A stretch of 54,917 bases of DNA from Pseudomonadota bacterium (GCA_043818055.1 JBDRGF010000104.1:1-54917); one strand, 5' to 3'; positions 29,061 to 40,568 are shown, numbered from the stretch's first letter. Notes: generated from the sequence alone by a model not told the origin. Numbers and translations are program-made.

Positions 29061-30767
29061 TCAATTGTTGCCCTGAAAACGGTTTAAAACCGGCACCTTA
29101 GGGTTAGAGGGCATTATGGGCTCACTCTTTAGTTGGGGAGCATCTCTCTCCACAGGTTGATTTTGCACAGGTGAACCCCCCGGAGCCGGCGTATTGTTAT
29201 TAATGGAGGATGTGTTGCTATCCGTCGAAGTGACGTAGAAATATCCGATCTTTTGCGTGCTGTCCCCCTTTATCATATCGCGAAGAGTTACAGTTATACC
29301 ATATCTGCCGGGGGGGGATTTCGAGTTCAACTGTATGCTGTTTTCAACCTTAAGTGGTATTTTGGGATTAGCCCGTTCTTTTACTTCCAGAAAGTTTTCC
29401 AGTTTCAGGTTATCTTCCGACGGATATACGATATCGATATCCTCCTTGAGCCATGTCCTTCCATCTTTGATATTGAAGTTGATGAGCTCAAAGATGAAAT
29501 AGATCTCCTCTCCGGGATCGTAGATCGGTTCCCGTTCAACATCGGAGCCTGAGCTCGAAACGAATTTAAGCTTGGGGATGAAGAGCCTCATACTTCTCTG
29601 TTCCTGTGAACGCCATTGATTGAGGCCTGACGAAGAAAATTTAGGAAAGAGATTTTTTGGTATGCCTTCTTCAAGTATGTTGTCGGAATTTTGAAAGCCG
29701 AATGAGAGCATTGCCAGCAGGATGATCACGAGCGCGAGATTTCCGATGAGGGGGACAAAGCTTCTCTTATGTTTTATCACGATCGTCCCGGCGGCCGCAT
29801 CTCCAGGCCTTTGCTTTCTCAGAGATGTGAGCATAGAGATATATCCAAAAGGATTGGTATCGACGAGCCGCATAATCGTCCGGATGACAGCTGAAGCGGG
29901 TGCAACTGACGAACCATCTTCGTTGCAAATGCGAATGCCGAAGAGAAATTTTCCGAAGCTGCAACCGAATACCATCTCCGGCAGAAAGAAGATTGAAAAT
30001 AAGATCACGGGCAGCAAGACGATTATGATTTGATTCATGGTCGGCTTGTTTGCTGAGATCAAAAGGATTAAGCCGAATATTCCAACTGCCGCGATTGTAA
30101 GATCGATCAGAAAAGCCAAACTTCTTGATGTTGCTGAAGCCAGAAGATGTTCATTGGGAACGGCTATTTTTTGTCTTTCCCTTTGTGGCTTCACGACGAC
30201 TGTCTTTGAAACGAGATCGCCGAGTCGCTGTCTCAACGCCATCTTTTCAAACATGAGGCCGGTGATCAGTAGAGGGAAAAGTATCAGATCGACGGGTTTG
30301 AAGATGTTTCTCAAAAGGATAGAAGAAAAAGAGGGGAGTCTCCCATCCTTGGTCCTGATTCTGATGCTAGAGAGCATCTTTCCAATCGTCGCAGTAAGTG
30401 TGAATTCAAAGATAAGGAAGTAGATGAAGGTAATGAGGATGAATATAGAGTGCAATATGATGCTGTGAAGTCCTAAAACAGGAATTGGGACTGATCCATT
30501 GCCAAAGACTATTGCTCTGTAGATGAACGCCACTGTCCAGTATATCAGATATACGACGATCAAATCGATTGAGATTGCCGCGATGCGGTTGACGAGTGGG
30601 GCGGTATGAAATATATCGCGCTTTGAACGTTTTTTCTTGCCGATGGGCTTCAATTCCCGCTCACTCTCTTCGGGATCGAACGAGAAATCGTCCGATTTCA
30701 TGAGATCATCATCGGCCTGTTGTGTTATTTCCTCTTCATAGTCATGCATGGTCGGCGATGTTATCAC
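29061..30767 (-). CDS. Double-RDD-domain membrane protein with a C-terminal beta-sandwich-like domain
   Basis: RIAAISID...TIGK...RQRLGD and RSLAFLID...SFGK...KQRPGD. Confidence 0.85.
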   Translation of the reverse strand: MITSPTMHDYEEEITQQADDDLMKSDDFSFDPEESERELKPIGKKKRSKRDIFHTAPLVNRIAAISIDLIVVYLIYWTVAFIYRAIVFGNGSVPIPVLGLHSIILHSIFILITFIYFLIFEFTLTATIGKMLSSIRIRTKDGRLPSFSSILLRNIFKPVDLILFPLLITGLMFEKMALRQRLGDLVSKTVVVKPQRERQKIAVPNEHLLASATSRSLAFLIDLTIAAVGIFGLILLISANKPTMNQIIIVLLPVILFSIFFLPEMVFGCSFGKFLFGIRICNEDGSSVAPASAVIRTIMRLVDTNPFGYISMLTSLRKQRPGDAAAGTIVIKHKRSFVPLIGNLALVIILLAMLSFGFQNSDNILEEGIPKNLFPKFSSSGLNQWRSQEQRSMRLFIPKLKFVSSSGSDVEREPIYDPGEEIYFIFELINFNIKDGRTWLKEDIDIVYPSEDNLKLENFLEVKERANPKIPLKVENSIQLNSKSPPGRYGITVTLRDMIKGDSTQKIGYFYVTSTDSNTSSINNNTPAPGGSPVQNQPVERDAPQLKSEPIMPSNPKVPVLNRFQGNN

Positions 30768-30849
30768 ACATTTCAGAAATTCAAAATGATTTTCGAAGTT
30801 GATTAGCTGTGAGCGTTAAGATAGTCATATTATAATAAGGAGCGTTTTT

Positions 30850-31611
30850 ATGCTATTAGCGATCGACATGGGAAATACAAGGGTGAATGCCGCCGTATAC
30901 GAAGGCGCTAACCTAATCGGTCATTGGGGAATGCCTGCTCAGAGGAACCTGGATCTTAGTTCATTTGCAGTGGTATTTGGGGATATGCTCTCTTCATTTC
31001 GACTCGGTTTCAAAAATATCGACAGCGTCATCATCTCAAGCGTGGTCCCTTCAAACGATGATGGCCTGAAAAATTTTTGCACTCAATATTTAAACTGCAA
31101 GCCTCTTTTTATAAATCACACGAATATAGGTATGAAGATCGCAGTTGATAATCCCCCGGAAGTCGGAGCTGATCGCCTTGTGGTCAGTTTTGCAGCGTAT
31201 AAAAAGTACAAGAGGTCGCTGATAGTGATCGACCTTGGAACGGCGATCACCTTTGACTGTATCGATAACGATGGTGTCTATCTTGGCGGTCCCATTGCTC
31301 CCGGAATTGGAATATCGAGCGATGCCTTATTCTACAGGGCGGAGAAGCTTTTTTCCATCGAGATACAGAAGCCAGAGAGGGTGATAGGCAGGAATACTAC
31401 CGAGTGTGTACAATCGGGGATTTTTCACGGCTATGTCGGTTTAATCGATCACGTTGTAGCCGGAATAAAGCAGGAGATGAATTCCGACCCTTATATTCTT
31501 GCTACAGGTGGCTGGGCATCCCTCCTGAGCGGGGAGTCAAAATGTATCCACTCTGTCGATGAGATGCTTCTTCTCGATGGTCTTAGGGATATTTATTCGG
31601 AGATCAGATAA
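30850..31611 (+). CDS. coaX: Type III pantothenate kinase
   Basis: LAIDMGNT, SSVVP, GADR, DLGTAITFD, ATGG. Confidence 0.95.
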   Translation: MLLAIDMGNTRVNAAVYEGANLIGHWGMPAQRNLDLSSFAVVFGDMLSSFRLGFKNIDSVIISSVVPSNDDGLKNFCTQYLNCKPLFINHTNIGMKIAVDNPPEVGADRLVVSFAAYKKYKRSLIVIDLGTAITFDCIDNDGVYLGGPIAPGIGISSDALFYRAEKLFSIEIQKPERVIGRNTTECVQSGIFHGYVGLIDHVVAGIKQEMNSDPYILATGGWASLLSGESKCIHSVDEMLLLDGLRDIYSEIR

Positions 31612-31701
31612 CAAATCTATTGATATTTCAATAAGGCTTTGATACCCGTATACAGGTTTCGAAGTGGGGAATAAAACAACAAAGAATCAATCGTTTAATA
31701 A

Positions 31702-32748
<1,047 letters not shown>

Positions 32749-32779
32749 TAGCTGATGGCTAATTACTGAGAGCTAATAT

Positions 32780-33634
32780 ATGGTTTATGAGATGAAGCGC
32801 AGAGGTATGATCAGAATTTTGTTGCCCATTATTTTGGCCTTTTTCTATTTTTCTATAATCACCGAATCACCAAGAAGAATTCCATGGTATCAAGAAATTT
32901 TTTATAACGCGCTTTATCCCTTTGAATGGGTTCTTAACAATTCAGCAGGTTCAGTAAAAAATATCTGGAGCAATTACATTTCACTCATCGATGTTCACAA
33001 GGATAATGAAGCTCTCAAGATGGAGAATGCAGGGCTGAAGGGGAGGTTGATTCAGCTGCAGGAGACCGAGCGCGAGAATGAGAGGCTCGCTTCACTGCTT
33101 GCCTATAAAAATCAGCTGAAGATTCCGACCATAGCCGCAAAAGTTCTTACGAACGATCCCAGAGCTGAATTTAAAAGTATCACGATAAACAAAGGTTTCA
33201 AAGATGGCGTCGATATTCTGATGCCTGTTGTCGGCTCGTTCGGACTCGTGGGAAGAACAGAGCGCGTCTTCGCGCATCGTTCACATGTCTTGCTCATCAT
33301 CGATCCGAACAGCGCGATCGACGTGCAGGTGCTGCGCTCAGGCGCTCGTGCCATACTTGTCGGGATGATGAGATATGCTGAACTTCGTCCTCTTCAATAT
33401 CTGACAAGGCTCGAGTATCTCGATGGCAGAAGCGATATACGTGAGAACGATCTGATGATCACATCCGGCTTTGACGGCATCTATCCCGCAGGGCTACCCG
33501 TCGGCGAAGTGAAGAATCTCAAATATCAGACAGACGCTATTTTTAAATCTGCCGAGATCGTTCCTATGGAAGAGCTATCCCAGATAAAAGAGGTTTTAGT
33601 TTTGCAGAGCACAAGTGATAAGGAGGAGAGTTAA
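32780..33634 (+). CDS. mreC: Rod shape protein MreC
   Basis: Coiled coil ENERL, INKG, GLVGR, TSG..GIYPAGLPVG; position after mreB. Confidence 0.93.
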   Translation: MVYEMKRRGMIRILLPIILAFFYFSIITESPRRIPWYQEIFYNALYPFEWVLNNSAGSVKNIWSNYISLIDVHKDNEALKMENAGLKGRLIQLQETERENERLASLLAYKNQLKIPTIAAKVLTNDPRAEFKSITINKGFKDGVDILMPVVGSFGLVGRTERVFAHRSHVLLIIDPNSAIDVQVLRSGARAILVGMMRYAELRPLQYLTRLEYLDGRSDIRENDLMITSGFDGIYPAGLPVGEVKNLKYQTDAIFKSAEIVPMEELSQIKEVLVLQSTSDKEES

Positions 33635-34129
33635 ATGCGCTCTTTTCTTTTCTTCGCCCTCTACGGATTGATCGCTACTGCTCTACAGAACACCTGGTTA
33701 TCGGGTGATTTTTTTTTCGGCGTTCATATCAATTTGCTCCTTCCTGTAGTTCTCTTTGCAGGGTTAAACATGCAATGGTCGAGGGCGATTCCCATACTCA
33801 TTTTTTTGGGACTTCTCACAGATCTTTCCACGCATAGCCCGCTAGGAATCTCTTCATTCACATATTGTATAATCTATTCCTTTATAACTCTTATGAGTTC
33901 TTTTATCACGATAGATACATTCGTATCCCGCTTCGTTTGGCTTGCGGTTGTGAGCTTCATGGATAAATTTTTTAGAGGGCTTTTTTTATATCTCCTTCGC
34001 GGAGATGAAAAATGGTTTGCCTTTGTTTTTAAAAATGCCCCTTTTCAGGCAATCGCTGATGCCTTGCTTGGCGTCTTTATCGTAGGGCTTTTTATCAAAC
34101 TCTCTTCGAGTCTTGAGGAGGCAAATTGA
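33635..34129 (+). CDS. mreD: Rod shape protein MreD
   Basis: Hydrophobic 164 aa with GLLTD, between mreC and mrdA. Confidence 0.8.
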   Translation: MRSFLFFALYGLIATALQNTWLSGDFFFGVHINLLLPVVLFAGLNMQWSRAIPILIFLGLLTDLSTHSPLGISSFTYCIIYSFITLMSSFITIDTFVSRFVWLAVVSFMDKFFRGLFLYLLRGDEKWFAFVFKNAPFQAIADALLGVFIVGLFIKLSSSLEEAN

Positions 34130-36021
34130 GTCGGGGGTCGTTAGGCATATCGCATGATTATACTGCCGATGTGGAGGGCAAGTTCAAATATCTCACAATT
34201 GCTGTCCTCCTCCTCTGTGGCATAGTGCTGATCCGTCTTTATCATCTCCAGATCGTAAAGGGAAACTATTATCGTTTCTTCTCCGAGGAGAACAGCATCA
34301 AGGAATTGCCGATCCCTTCACCGCGAGGCGAGATACTAGATAGAAGGGGAAATGTGCTTGTCTCGAACAGGGCATCCTTCGATATCATTTTGATACCGCA
34401 ATATGTAAAGGATCCTGCGAAGGCAATGGATTCTCTTCACACGCTGCTCAATATAGATATGGATGATTTGAAAAAAGTATGGGCGAGTCGAGATAAATTT
34501 CCCTCTTATGCTCCACTCGTCGTAAGGAGGGATGCGAGCCTCTCCGATGTTGCGATAATACGTTCCAGAAAAGGACCATGGCTGACCGACAGACACGGCT
34601 ACGATCTCAGGGGTGTCGATGTCGTTGTGAATTACGTTCGAAGATATCCTCAGGGAAATATGGCGACTCACCTTCTTGGGTATTTGAGGGAAGTGGATGC
34701 CGGGCGACTGAAACATCTCAATGAAAAATATCCGGGAAGATATGAGAGCGGAGATGTGATCGGAATAAGGGGAGTTGAAGCCCTGTACGACAATGTTCTA
34801 AGAGGCGAAGATGGTTATGACCAGTATGTGGTGAACGCCGTCGGACAGAGAATCGATTATGAAGGTATCGCAGACAGATTAAAAAGAGTCGAGGCAAGAA
34901 GCGGTCATGAGATCAGTCTTACAGTGGATGTGGAGCTGCAAAAAATGGCCTCGGAACTCTTGAAGGATTATGCGGGGGCCGCCGTGATGGTCGATGTGAA
35001 TACCGGCGCCATTTTGTTGTGGTACAGCTCTCCATCCTACGATCTCACAGAGATGGCAGGTCCGGATGGAAGTAAATACTGGTCGATGCTCTCGCAGGAT
35101 AAAGACAAGGCACTGCTCGACAGAGTGGTGCAGGGTGCCTATCCACCCGCATCTACTTTTAAAATCGTGACGGGGCTCGCCGGTCTCGAGTCGGGGAAGA
35201 TCAACGAGAATACGAGGCAATCGTGCGGCGGTGTGATGATGTTCGGAAACAGGGGTTTTCACTGTTGGAACAAGTACGGTCACGGCTCTATCGATTTCAA
35301 CACATCGCTCGTTCAGTCGTGTGATATTTACTATTATCTGACAGGTCTCAAAGTGGGTGTTGACGGTATTGTGGATGTCGCGACAAAATTGGGAATGGGG
35401 AAGAGCTATGATCTTGGGTTAACCGATGAGCGAAGCGGTGTCATGCCGACATTAGCGTGGCAGAAGAAAAATCTGAAACGCGGATGGCAAAAGGGTGATA
35501 CTGTATCCTTCTCAGTTGGACAGGGGTATAACACTGTCACACCGCTACAAAATTCCATGATGTTAGCACAGATAGTCAACGGCGGTGTTAAGCTAGCTCC
35601 GCATTTTGTCAATACGATCACTGATGTCGAAGGGAAGGTCATATACACCTGGAAGATGGATGAAAAAACGGAGATGATCGGACTCTCAAAAAAGAATCTC
35701 ATGCTGATCAAAAAGGCGCTATCCGAGGTCGTCTCCTCACCCAGCGGCACAGGCCATCGTCTTTCAAGACTGGCTTATCCGATGGGAGGAAAGACAGGCA
35801 CAGCACAGGTTGTGAGCCTTGATAGGGAATGTCATTCGAAGGAATGCAGAGATCATGGCTGGTTTGTCGGCTTTGCACCAACAGACAAGCCACAGGTTGC
35901 GGTGGCTGTGATTTCTGAACATAGCGGTTTTGGAGCGACTGTCTCAGCCCCAACAGCAGGCGCTTTACTAGAACTCTATTTGAAGATAGAGGATGAGGTG
36001 AAGAAAGGGGAGAAGAAATGA
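34126..36021 (+). CDS. mrdA: Penicillin-binding protein 2
   Basis: RGEILDR, STFK, SCD, KTGT. Confidence 0.95.
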   Translation: MSRGSLGISHDYTADVEGKFKYLTIAVLLLCGIVLIRLYHLQIVKGNYYRFFSEENSIKELPIPSPRGEILDRRGNVLVSNRASFDIILIPQYVKDPAKAMDSLHTLLNIDMDDLKKVWASRDKFPSYAPLVVRRDASLSDVAIIRSRKGPWLTDRHGYDLRGVDVVVNYVRRYPQGNMATHLLGYLREVDAGRLKHLNEKYPGRYESGDVIGIRGVEALYDNVLRGEDGYDQYVVNAVGQRIDYEGIADRLKRVEARSGHEISLTVDVELQKMASELLKDYAGAAVMVDVNTGAILLWYSSPSYDLTEMAGPDGSKYWSMLSQDKDKALLDRVVQGAYPPASTFKIVTGLAGLESGKINENTRQSCGGVMMFGNRGFHCWNKYGHGSIDFNTSLVQSCDIYYYLTGLKVGVDGIVDVATKLGMGKSYDLGLTDERSGVMPTLAWQKKNLKRGWQKGDTVSFSVGQGYNTVTPLQNSMMLAQIVNGGVKLAPHFVNTITDVEGKVIYTWKMDEKTEMIGLSKKNLMLIKKALSEVVSSPSGTGHRLSRLAYPMGGKTGTAQVVSLDRECHSKECRDHGWFVGFAPTDKPQVAVAVISEHSGFGATVSAPTAGALLELYLKIEDEVKKGEKK

Positions 36022-36024
36022 GAG

Positions 36025-36110
36025 GCGTATATGGCATATAGTATATGGTATATAGAAAAAACATTTTAAGAAGTTTTTACCATATGCTATATGCCACATG
36101 CTATATGCGC
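36025..36110. repeat. Heptamer-repeat palindrome, family A
   Basis: GCGTATAT GGCATAT AGTATAT GGTATAT ... CCATATG CTATATG CCACATG CTATATG CGC. Confidence 0.8.
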
Positions 36111-36125
36111 TTTTAAAGGTTTATT

Positions 36126-37226
36126 ATGGAACTACTGAAAAAATTCAAAATCAACGGGGTGTTGTTCGGTGCTGTGATGTTGCTCATCATCATCGGGCTC
36201 GTCAATCTCTATAGCGCCGTCTATAACTGGGAAGCAGGTGGTACGCAGTCCATCTTCTGGTCTCAGCTGATCTGGGTTCTGATAGGTTTGGTTTTAATGG
36301 CCGTGACGATAATAATCGACTATCATCTCTTTGAGAGCATATCCATCTGGTTTTATATCCTCATCATTTCACTCCTTGCCGCTGCTGTCTTTTTTGGTGT
36401 GGAGGTCAATGGCACAAGGGGATGGCTCAAATTGGGGCCGTTTTCGATACAGCCTGCCGAGTTTTCAAAGCTCGCCTATGTGCTCATAGCCGCACGCTAC
36501 TTCGGAAGGCACTCATTTCCGGAAGGCATCGGTTTTTGGGAACTCTGGAAGCCGGCCCTTCTCGTAGTCATACCATTCGGTTTGATAATTGCTCAGGGAG
36601 ATCTTGGTTCAGCGGCATTTTTAGTCATGATTTTTGGGACATTTGCCCTGTTTGGAGGGATGAAGAAGAAGGCCTTGATCTTTCTCGTAGTCTTTGCGCT
36701 TGTCGGCGCTATCGTTGTTTCGACATTCTTTTTGAAGGGGTATCAGAGATCGAGAATTTTTAACTTTCTCCATCCCGAATCTGACATGAGGGGGTCTGGT
36801 TATCATCTTGTTCAGTCGAAGATCGCTGTCGGATCAGGCAAGTTTTTCGGCAAGGGATATCTAAAGGGAAATATCAATAAGTTGAGATATCTTCCCGAAA
36901 GACATACAGATTTTATATTCCCCGTCTTAGCTGAGGAGTGGGGCTTCTTAGGTTCGACCGTATTGATAGCGATGTATTTGATCATCATGCTGAGCGCAGT
37001 AGAAATCGCAAAAAGGGCAAGAGACAGGTTTGCAACTTTTCTCGCGGTGGGAGTTACAGCGATCTTATTCTGGCAGGTACTCGTGAATCTCTATGGGGTT
37101 TTGGGATTGATGCCGCTTACGGGGGTTCCGCTTCCATTTATGAGCTATGGCGGATCATCGATGATAGCGCTCCTTGTCTCGATGGGGATACTATTTAATC
37201 TGGACAGCAAAAGATTTAAATTTTGA
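36126..37226 (+). CDS. rodA: SEDS glycosyltransferase RodA
   Basis: IQPAEFSK, LPERHTDFIF, GVPLPFMSYGGSS. Confidence 0.96.
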   Translation: MELLKKFKINGVLFGAVMLLIIIGLVNLYSAVYNWEAGGTQSIFWSQLIWVLIGLVLMAVTIIIDYHLFESISIWFYILIISLLAAAVFFGVEVNGTRGWLKLGPFSIQPAEFSKLAYVLIAARYFGRHSFPEGIGFWELWKPALLVVIPFGLIIAQGDLGSAAFLVMIFGTFALFGGMKKKALIFLVVFALVGAIVVSTFFLKGYQRSRIFNFLHPESDMRGSGYHLVQSKIAVGSGKFFGKGYLKGNINKLRYLPERHTDFIFPVLAEEWGFLGSTVLIAMYLIIMLSAVEIAKRARDRFATFLAVGVTAILFWQVLVNLYGVLGLMPLTGVPLPFMSYGGSSMIALLVSMGILFNLDSKRFKF

Positions 37227-37264
37227 TGTAGTGTGTGAGCATTTTTGATAAAATATCGATTCTC

Positions 37265-37289
37265 GTAGGGGCAGGTTTTAAACCTGCCC
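37265..37289 (+). repeat. GTAG-type REP-like palindrome
   Basis: GTAG GGGCAGGTTT T AAACCTGCCC, perfect 10-bp stem. Confidence 0.7.
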
Positions 37290-37351
37290 GAGTTAAATTT
37301 TAACAAAATTCTTGCAAATTTGTTAAAAAAATAGTTATAGATCTATAAAGA

Positions 37352-37687
37352 ATGCTTATGGGGGGGCGATTGATAAAAGTAACGGACAAAGATTTTGAAA
37401 AGAGGGTAATCAAATCGAAGATGCCCGTTCTGGTCGACTTCTGGGCGCCATGGTGTGGGCCCTGTCATGCACTGAATCCGACATTGCAGGAGATTGCTGA
37501 TGCATACGGTCAGAAGGTGCTGGTCTGCACGATCAACGTCGAGGAGAACAAGACCATTCCGACCCAGTTCTCAATCCGCTCAGTTCCAACTTTGCTTCTG
37601 TTCAAGCAGGGAAAGAACATCGGACAGCTGGTCGGCAACGTTCCAAAAGGTGTTATCGAGGAGCTGTTAAAGGCTACTTTGAAATAA
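37352..37687 (+). CDS. trxA: Thioredoxin
   Basis: VDFWAPWCGPC; the start may be TTG at 37370. Confidence 0.95.
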   Translation: MLMGGRLIKVTDKDFEKRVIKSKMPVLVDFWAPWCGPCHALNPTLQEIADAYGQKVLVCTINVEENKTIPTQFSIRSVPTLLLFKQGKNIGQLVGNVPKGVIEELLKATLK

Positions 37688-37696
37688 AGGCAATGG

Positions 37697-37727
37697 GCGC
37701 ATGTGACATGTAGTATGTGACATGTAG
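37697..37727. repeat. Heptamer repeat, family A (single arm)
   Basis: GCGCATGT GACATGT AGTATGT GACATGT AG. Confidence 0.65.
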
Positions 37728-37880
37728 GGAGAATCCAGCGAAAGATGACATATCTTCTGTGCGCTTTTTTCCCATCACAAAAAAAATCCTTTAAATATCA
37801 TATTACTTGACAAAATCGCGTTCTTCTGATTATTGGGAAAACCAATATTTTTCGTGTGGTTAACTGGCGATTACTTTTTT

Positions 37881-37954
<74 letters not shown>

Positions 37955-37969
37955 CAAATGGAGGAAGTT

Positions 37970-39703
37970 GTGGTTGACGCTGAAAGTTTGTCCCGTCTCA
38001 GACATTCCGCTGCTCATGTCATGGCTGATGCAGTGTTGAAGCTCTTTCCGGGAACTAAAATTGCGATCGGTCCTGCTATCGAAGATGGATTTTATTACGA
38101 CTTCGATGCGGAGGTCTCTTTCTCTTCAGATGATCTCATAAAGATCGAAAAGGAGATGGAGAAGATCGTTGCGTCCAATCAGGAATTTGTTTGCGAGGAG
38201 ATTACGAGGGAAGAGGCAAAAAAGTTCTTTGAAAAGGAACCTTATAAACTTGAGCTCATCGATGAATTGCCCGAGGGTGAATCGATCACGATATACAGGC
38301 ATGGCGACTTTGTCGATCTTTGCAAGGGACCGCATGTCGAGAGGACAGGCCAGATCAAGGTTTTCAAACTTTTAAAGGTGGCTGGCGCATACTGGAGAGG
38401 CTCTGAAAAAAATAAGCAGCTGCAGAGGATATACGGCACGGCTTTTCTAACGAAGGATGAGTTGAAAAAACATCTAGCATTTCTTGAGGAGGCAGCACAG
38501 AGGGATCATCGTCGTATTGGAAAGGATCTCGATCTCTATTCCAGCCTCGATGAATTTGGAGCAGGACTGATACTGTGGCATCCTATGGGGAGCAGGATAA
38601 GGATGTCGATGGAGAATTTCTGGCGCGAGACCCATGTAAAACATGGTTACGATCTCCTCTTCACACCGCACATCGCAAAGCTTGATCTCTGGAAGAAATC
38701 CGGGCATTGGGATTTTTATCGCGAGAATATGTATTCCCCTATGGATGTCGATAATGTCCAATATGAGTTGAAGCCGATGAACTGCCCATTTCATATTCTC
38801 ATCTACCAGAGCCGGCTGCGCACTTATCGCGAATTTCCGCTCAGGTGGGCGGAGCTCGGAACGGTTTACAGATACGAGAGATCAGGCGTGCTGCATGGTC
38901 TGATGAGAGTGCGCGGTTTTACTCAGGATGACGCGCATATATTTTGTCGCCCTGATCAACTCTCCGCCGAAATCGAGAGGGTGATAGGTTTTTGCCTGTA
39001 TGTGCTTAAACGATTTGGCTTCAGCGAGTACGATATCTATCTCTCAACCAAGCCTGAAAAGTATGTCGGCGAGGATTCAGATTGGGAGTTGGCAACGAAG
39101 GCGCTTGAGGGCGCGCTCAATAAATTGGGCATAAAATTTACTGTCGATCCGGGTGAAGGGGTTTTTTATGGCCCCAAGATCGATATCAAGATCAAGGATT
39201 CGCTGGGTAGGGCGTGGCAATGTTCGACGATTCAGGTCGATTTCAATCTGCCGGCGCGATATAAAATGGAATTTGCATCAAGTGATGGCGGCAGAGAGAG
39301 ACCAATCATGATTCACCGTGCGCTGATGGGCTCACTGGAGAGGTTCTTCGGAATTTTAATAGAACATTATAAAGGTGCTTTTCCTGTCTGGCTGGCACCT
39401 CAACAGGTTGCGGTTCTCTCTATTTCGGAGAATCAATTTGACTATGCGAATGAGGTGAAGGATGCTTTACTCAGGGCCGGTGTCAGAGCAGAATTAGATG
39501 ACAGAAATGAAAAATTAGGATATAAGATCCGCGAAGCTACTATGAAAAAGATTCCGTATATAGTAGTTATCGGAGAAAAAGAAGTCACAGAAAAAGTTTT
39601 GTCGGTGCGTTCTCGCGATGCAGGTCAATTGGGAAATCTCCCGATAGATAAGCTCATCGAAAGAATTGAAGAAGAATCTAGAACGCCTGTTTATAATTTT
39701 TAA
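37970..39703 (+). CDS. thrS: Threonyl-tRNA synthetase lacking the N-terminal TGS domain
   Basis: RHSAAH, DLCKGPH, KPMNCP, RVRGFTQDD, IHRA. GTG 37970 follows GGAGG; ATG 37958 is an alternative. Confidence 0.96.
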   Translation: MVDAESLSRLRHSAAHVMADAVLKLFPGTKIAIGPAIEDGFYYDFDAEVSFSSDDLIKIEKEMEKIVASNQEFVCEEITREEAKKFFEKEPYKLELIDELPEGESITIYRHGDFVDLCKGPHVERTGQIKVFKLLKVAGAYWRGSEKNKQLQRIYGTAFLTKDELKKHLAFLEEAAQRDHRRIGKDLDLYSSLDEFGAGLILWHPMGSRIRMSMENFWRETHVKHGYDLLFTPHIAKLDLWKKSGHWDFYRENMYSPMDVDNVQYELKPMNCPFHILIYQSRLRTYREFPLRWAELGTVYRYERSGVLHGLMRVRGFTQDDAHIFCRPDQLSAEIERVIGFCLYVLKRFGFSEYDIYLSTKPEKYVGEDSDWELATKALEGALNKLGIKFTVDPGEGVFYGPKIDIKIKDSLGRAWQCSTIQVDFNLPARYKMEFASSDGGRERPIMIHRALMGSLERFFGILIEHYKGAFPVWLAPQQVAVLSISENQFDYANEVKDALLRAGVRAELDDRNEKLGYKIREATMKKIPYIVVIGEKEVTEKVLSVRSRDAGQLGNLPIDKLIERIEEESRTPVYNF

Positions 39704-39720
39704 ACCAAGGAGGTGTTTTT

Positions 39721-40275
39721 ATCAGTACGGGAAGATCAAATTTTAGAGGAGGCAGGGAGCGGGGTTTAAGGATCAATCGCCAGATCAGGGTGCCTGAGGT
39801 GAGATTGATAGGTGCTGAGGGGGAACAGCTGGGAGTTTTTATCACCTCTGAGGCGTTTAGAAGGGCAGAAGATTTGGGACTTGATCTTGTGGAAATATGC
39901 CCCACATCGCGACCTCCGGTTTGTAAAATTATAGATTATGGTAAATATAAATATGAGCAGGACAAGAAAAAACATGAGCAGAAAAAACATCAGGTCGTAG
40001 TTAAGCTCAAAGAGATAAAACTAAGGCCAGTGACAGATGAACATGATTTCCAGACCAAGTTGAAACATGTGAGACGCTTTTTGGAAGAGGGAGATAAGGT
40101 CAAGATTACTATGCGTTTCAGGGGTCGGGAAATGGCTCATCTCGAGATCGGAAGAAAGCTCATGGATGAGCTGAAACAGAGGGTGCAGGATATATGTAAA
40201 ATTGAACAGGATGCCAAGGTGGAAGGTCGACAGATGTTTATGTTGCTCGTCCCTCTGAAAAGTCCAAAAAAATAA
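39721..40275 (+). CDS. infC: Translation initiation factor IF-3, ATC start
   Basis: AGGAGGT (39708-39714), 6 nt, then in-frame ATC; restores RINRQIRVPEVRLI; DYGKYKY, MRFRGRE. Confidence 0.93.
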   Translation: MSTGRSNFRGGRERGLRINRQIRVPEVRLIGAEGEQLGVFITSEAFRRAEDLGLDLVEICPTSRPPVCKIIDYGKYKYEQDKKKHEQKKHQVVVKLKEIKLRPVTDEHDFQTKLKHVRRFLEEGDKVKITMRFRGREMAHLEIGRKLMDELKQRVQDICKIEQDAKVEGRQMFMLLVPLKSPKK

Positions 40276-40304
40276 TTAGGAATTAAAACAAGGAGAGTAG
40301 TATC

Positions 40305-40568
40305 ATGCAAAAGAAAAAGAGGGTTGGAAAGGGTGCCAGAAAGCGCGTGGCAGTGAAGAGTAAGAAAAAATATAAATTAAAAACAAGAAGAGGCGCTGCG
40401 AAAAGAATGAAAGCAAACGCTGCAGGTAAATTCAAGAGGAAGCGCTCGAATTTGAGGCATATCCTCACCTCGAAGAGCACGACCCAGAAGCGAAGGCTTC
40501 GTTCCGGCGCATATGTTGACAAGGCCGATGAGGGAAGGATCAAACAGCTTTTACCGTATCAGGTTTAA
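40305..40568 (+). CDS. rpmI: 50S ribosomal protein L35 with a basic N-terminal extension
   Basis: KLKTRRGAAKR, HILTSKS, LLPY. Confidence 0.93.
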   Translation: MQKKKRVGKGARKRVAVKSKKKYKLKTRRGAAKRMKANAAGKFKRKRSNLRHILTSKSTTQKRRLRSGAYVDKADEGRIKQLLPYQV

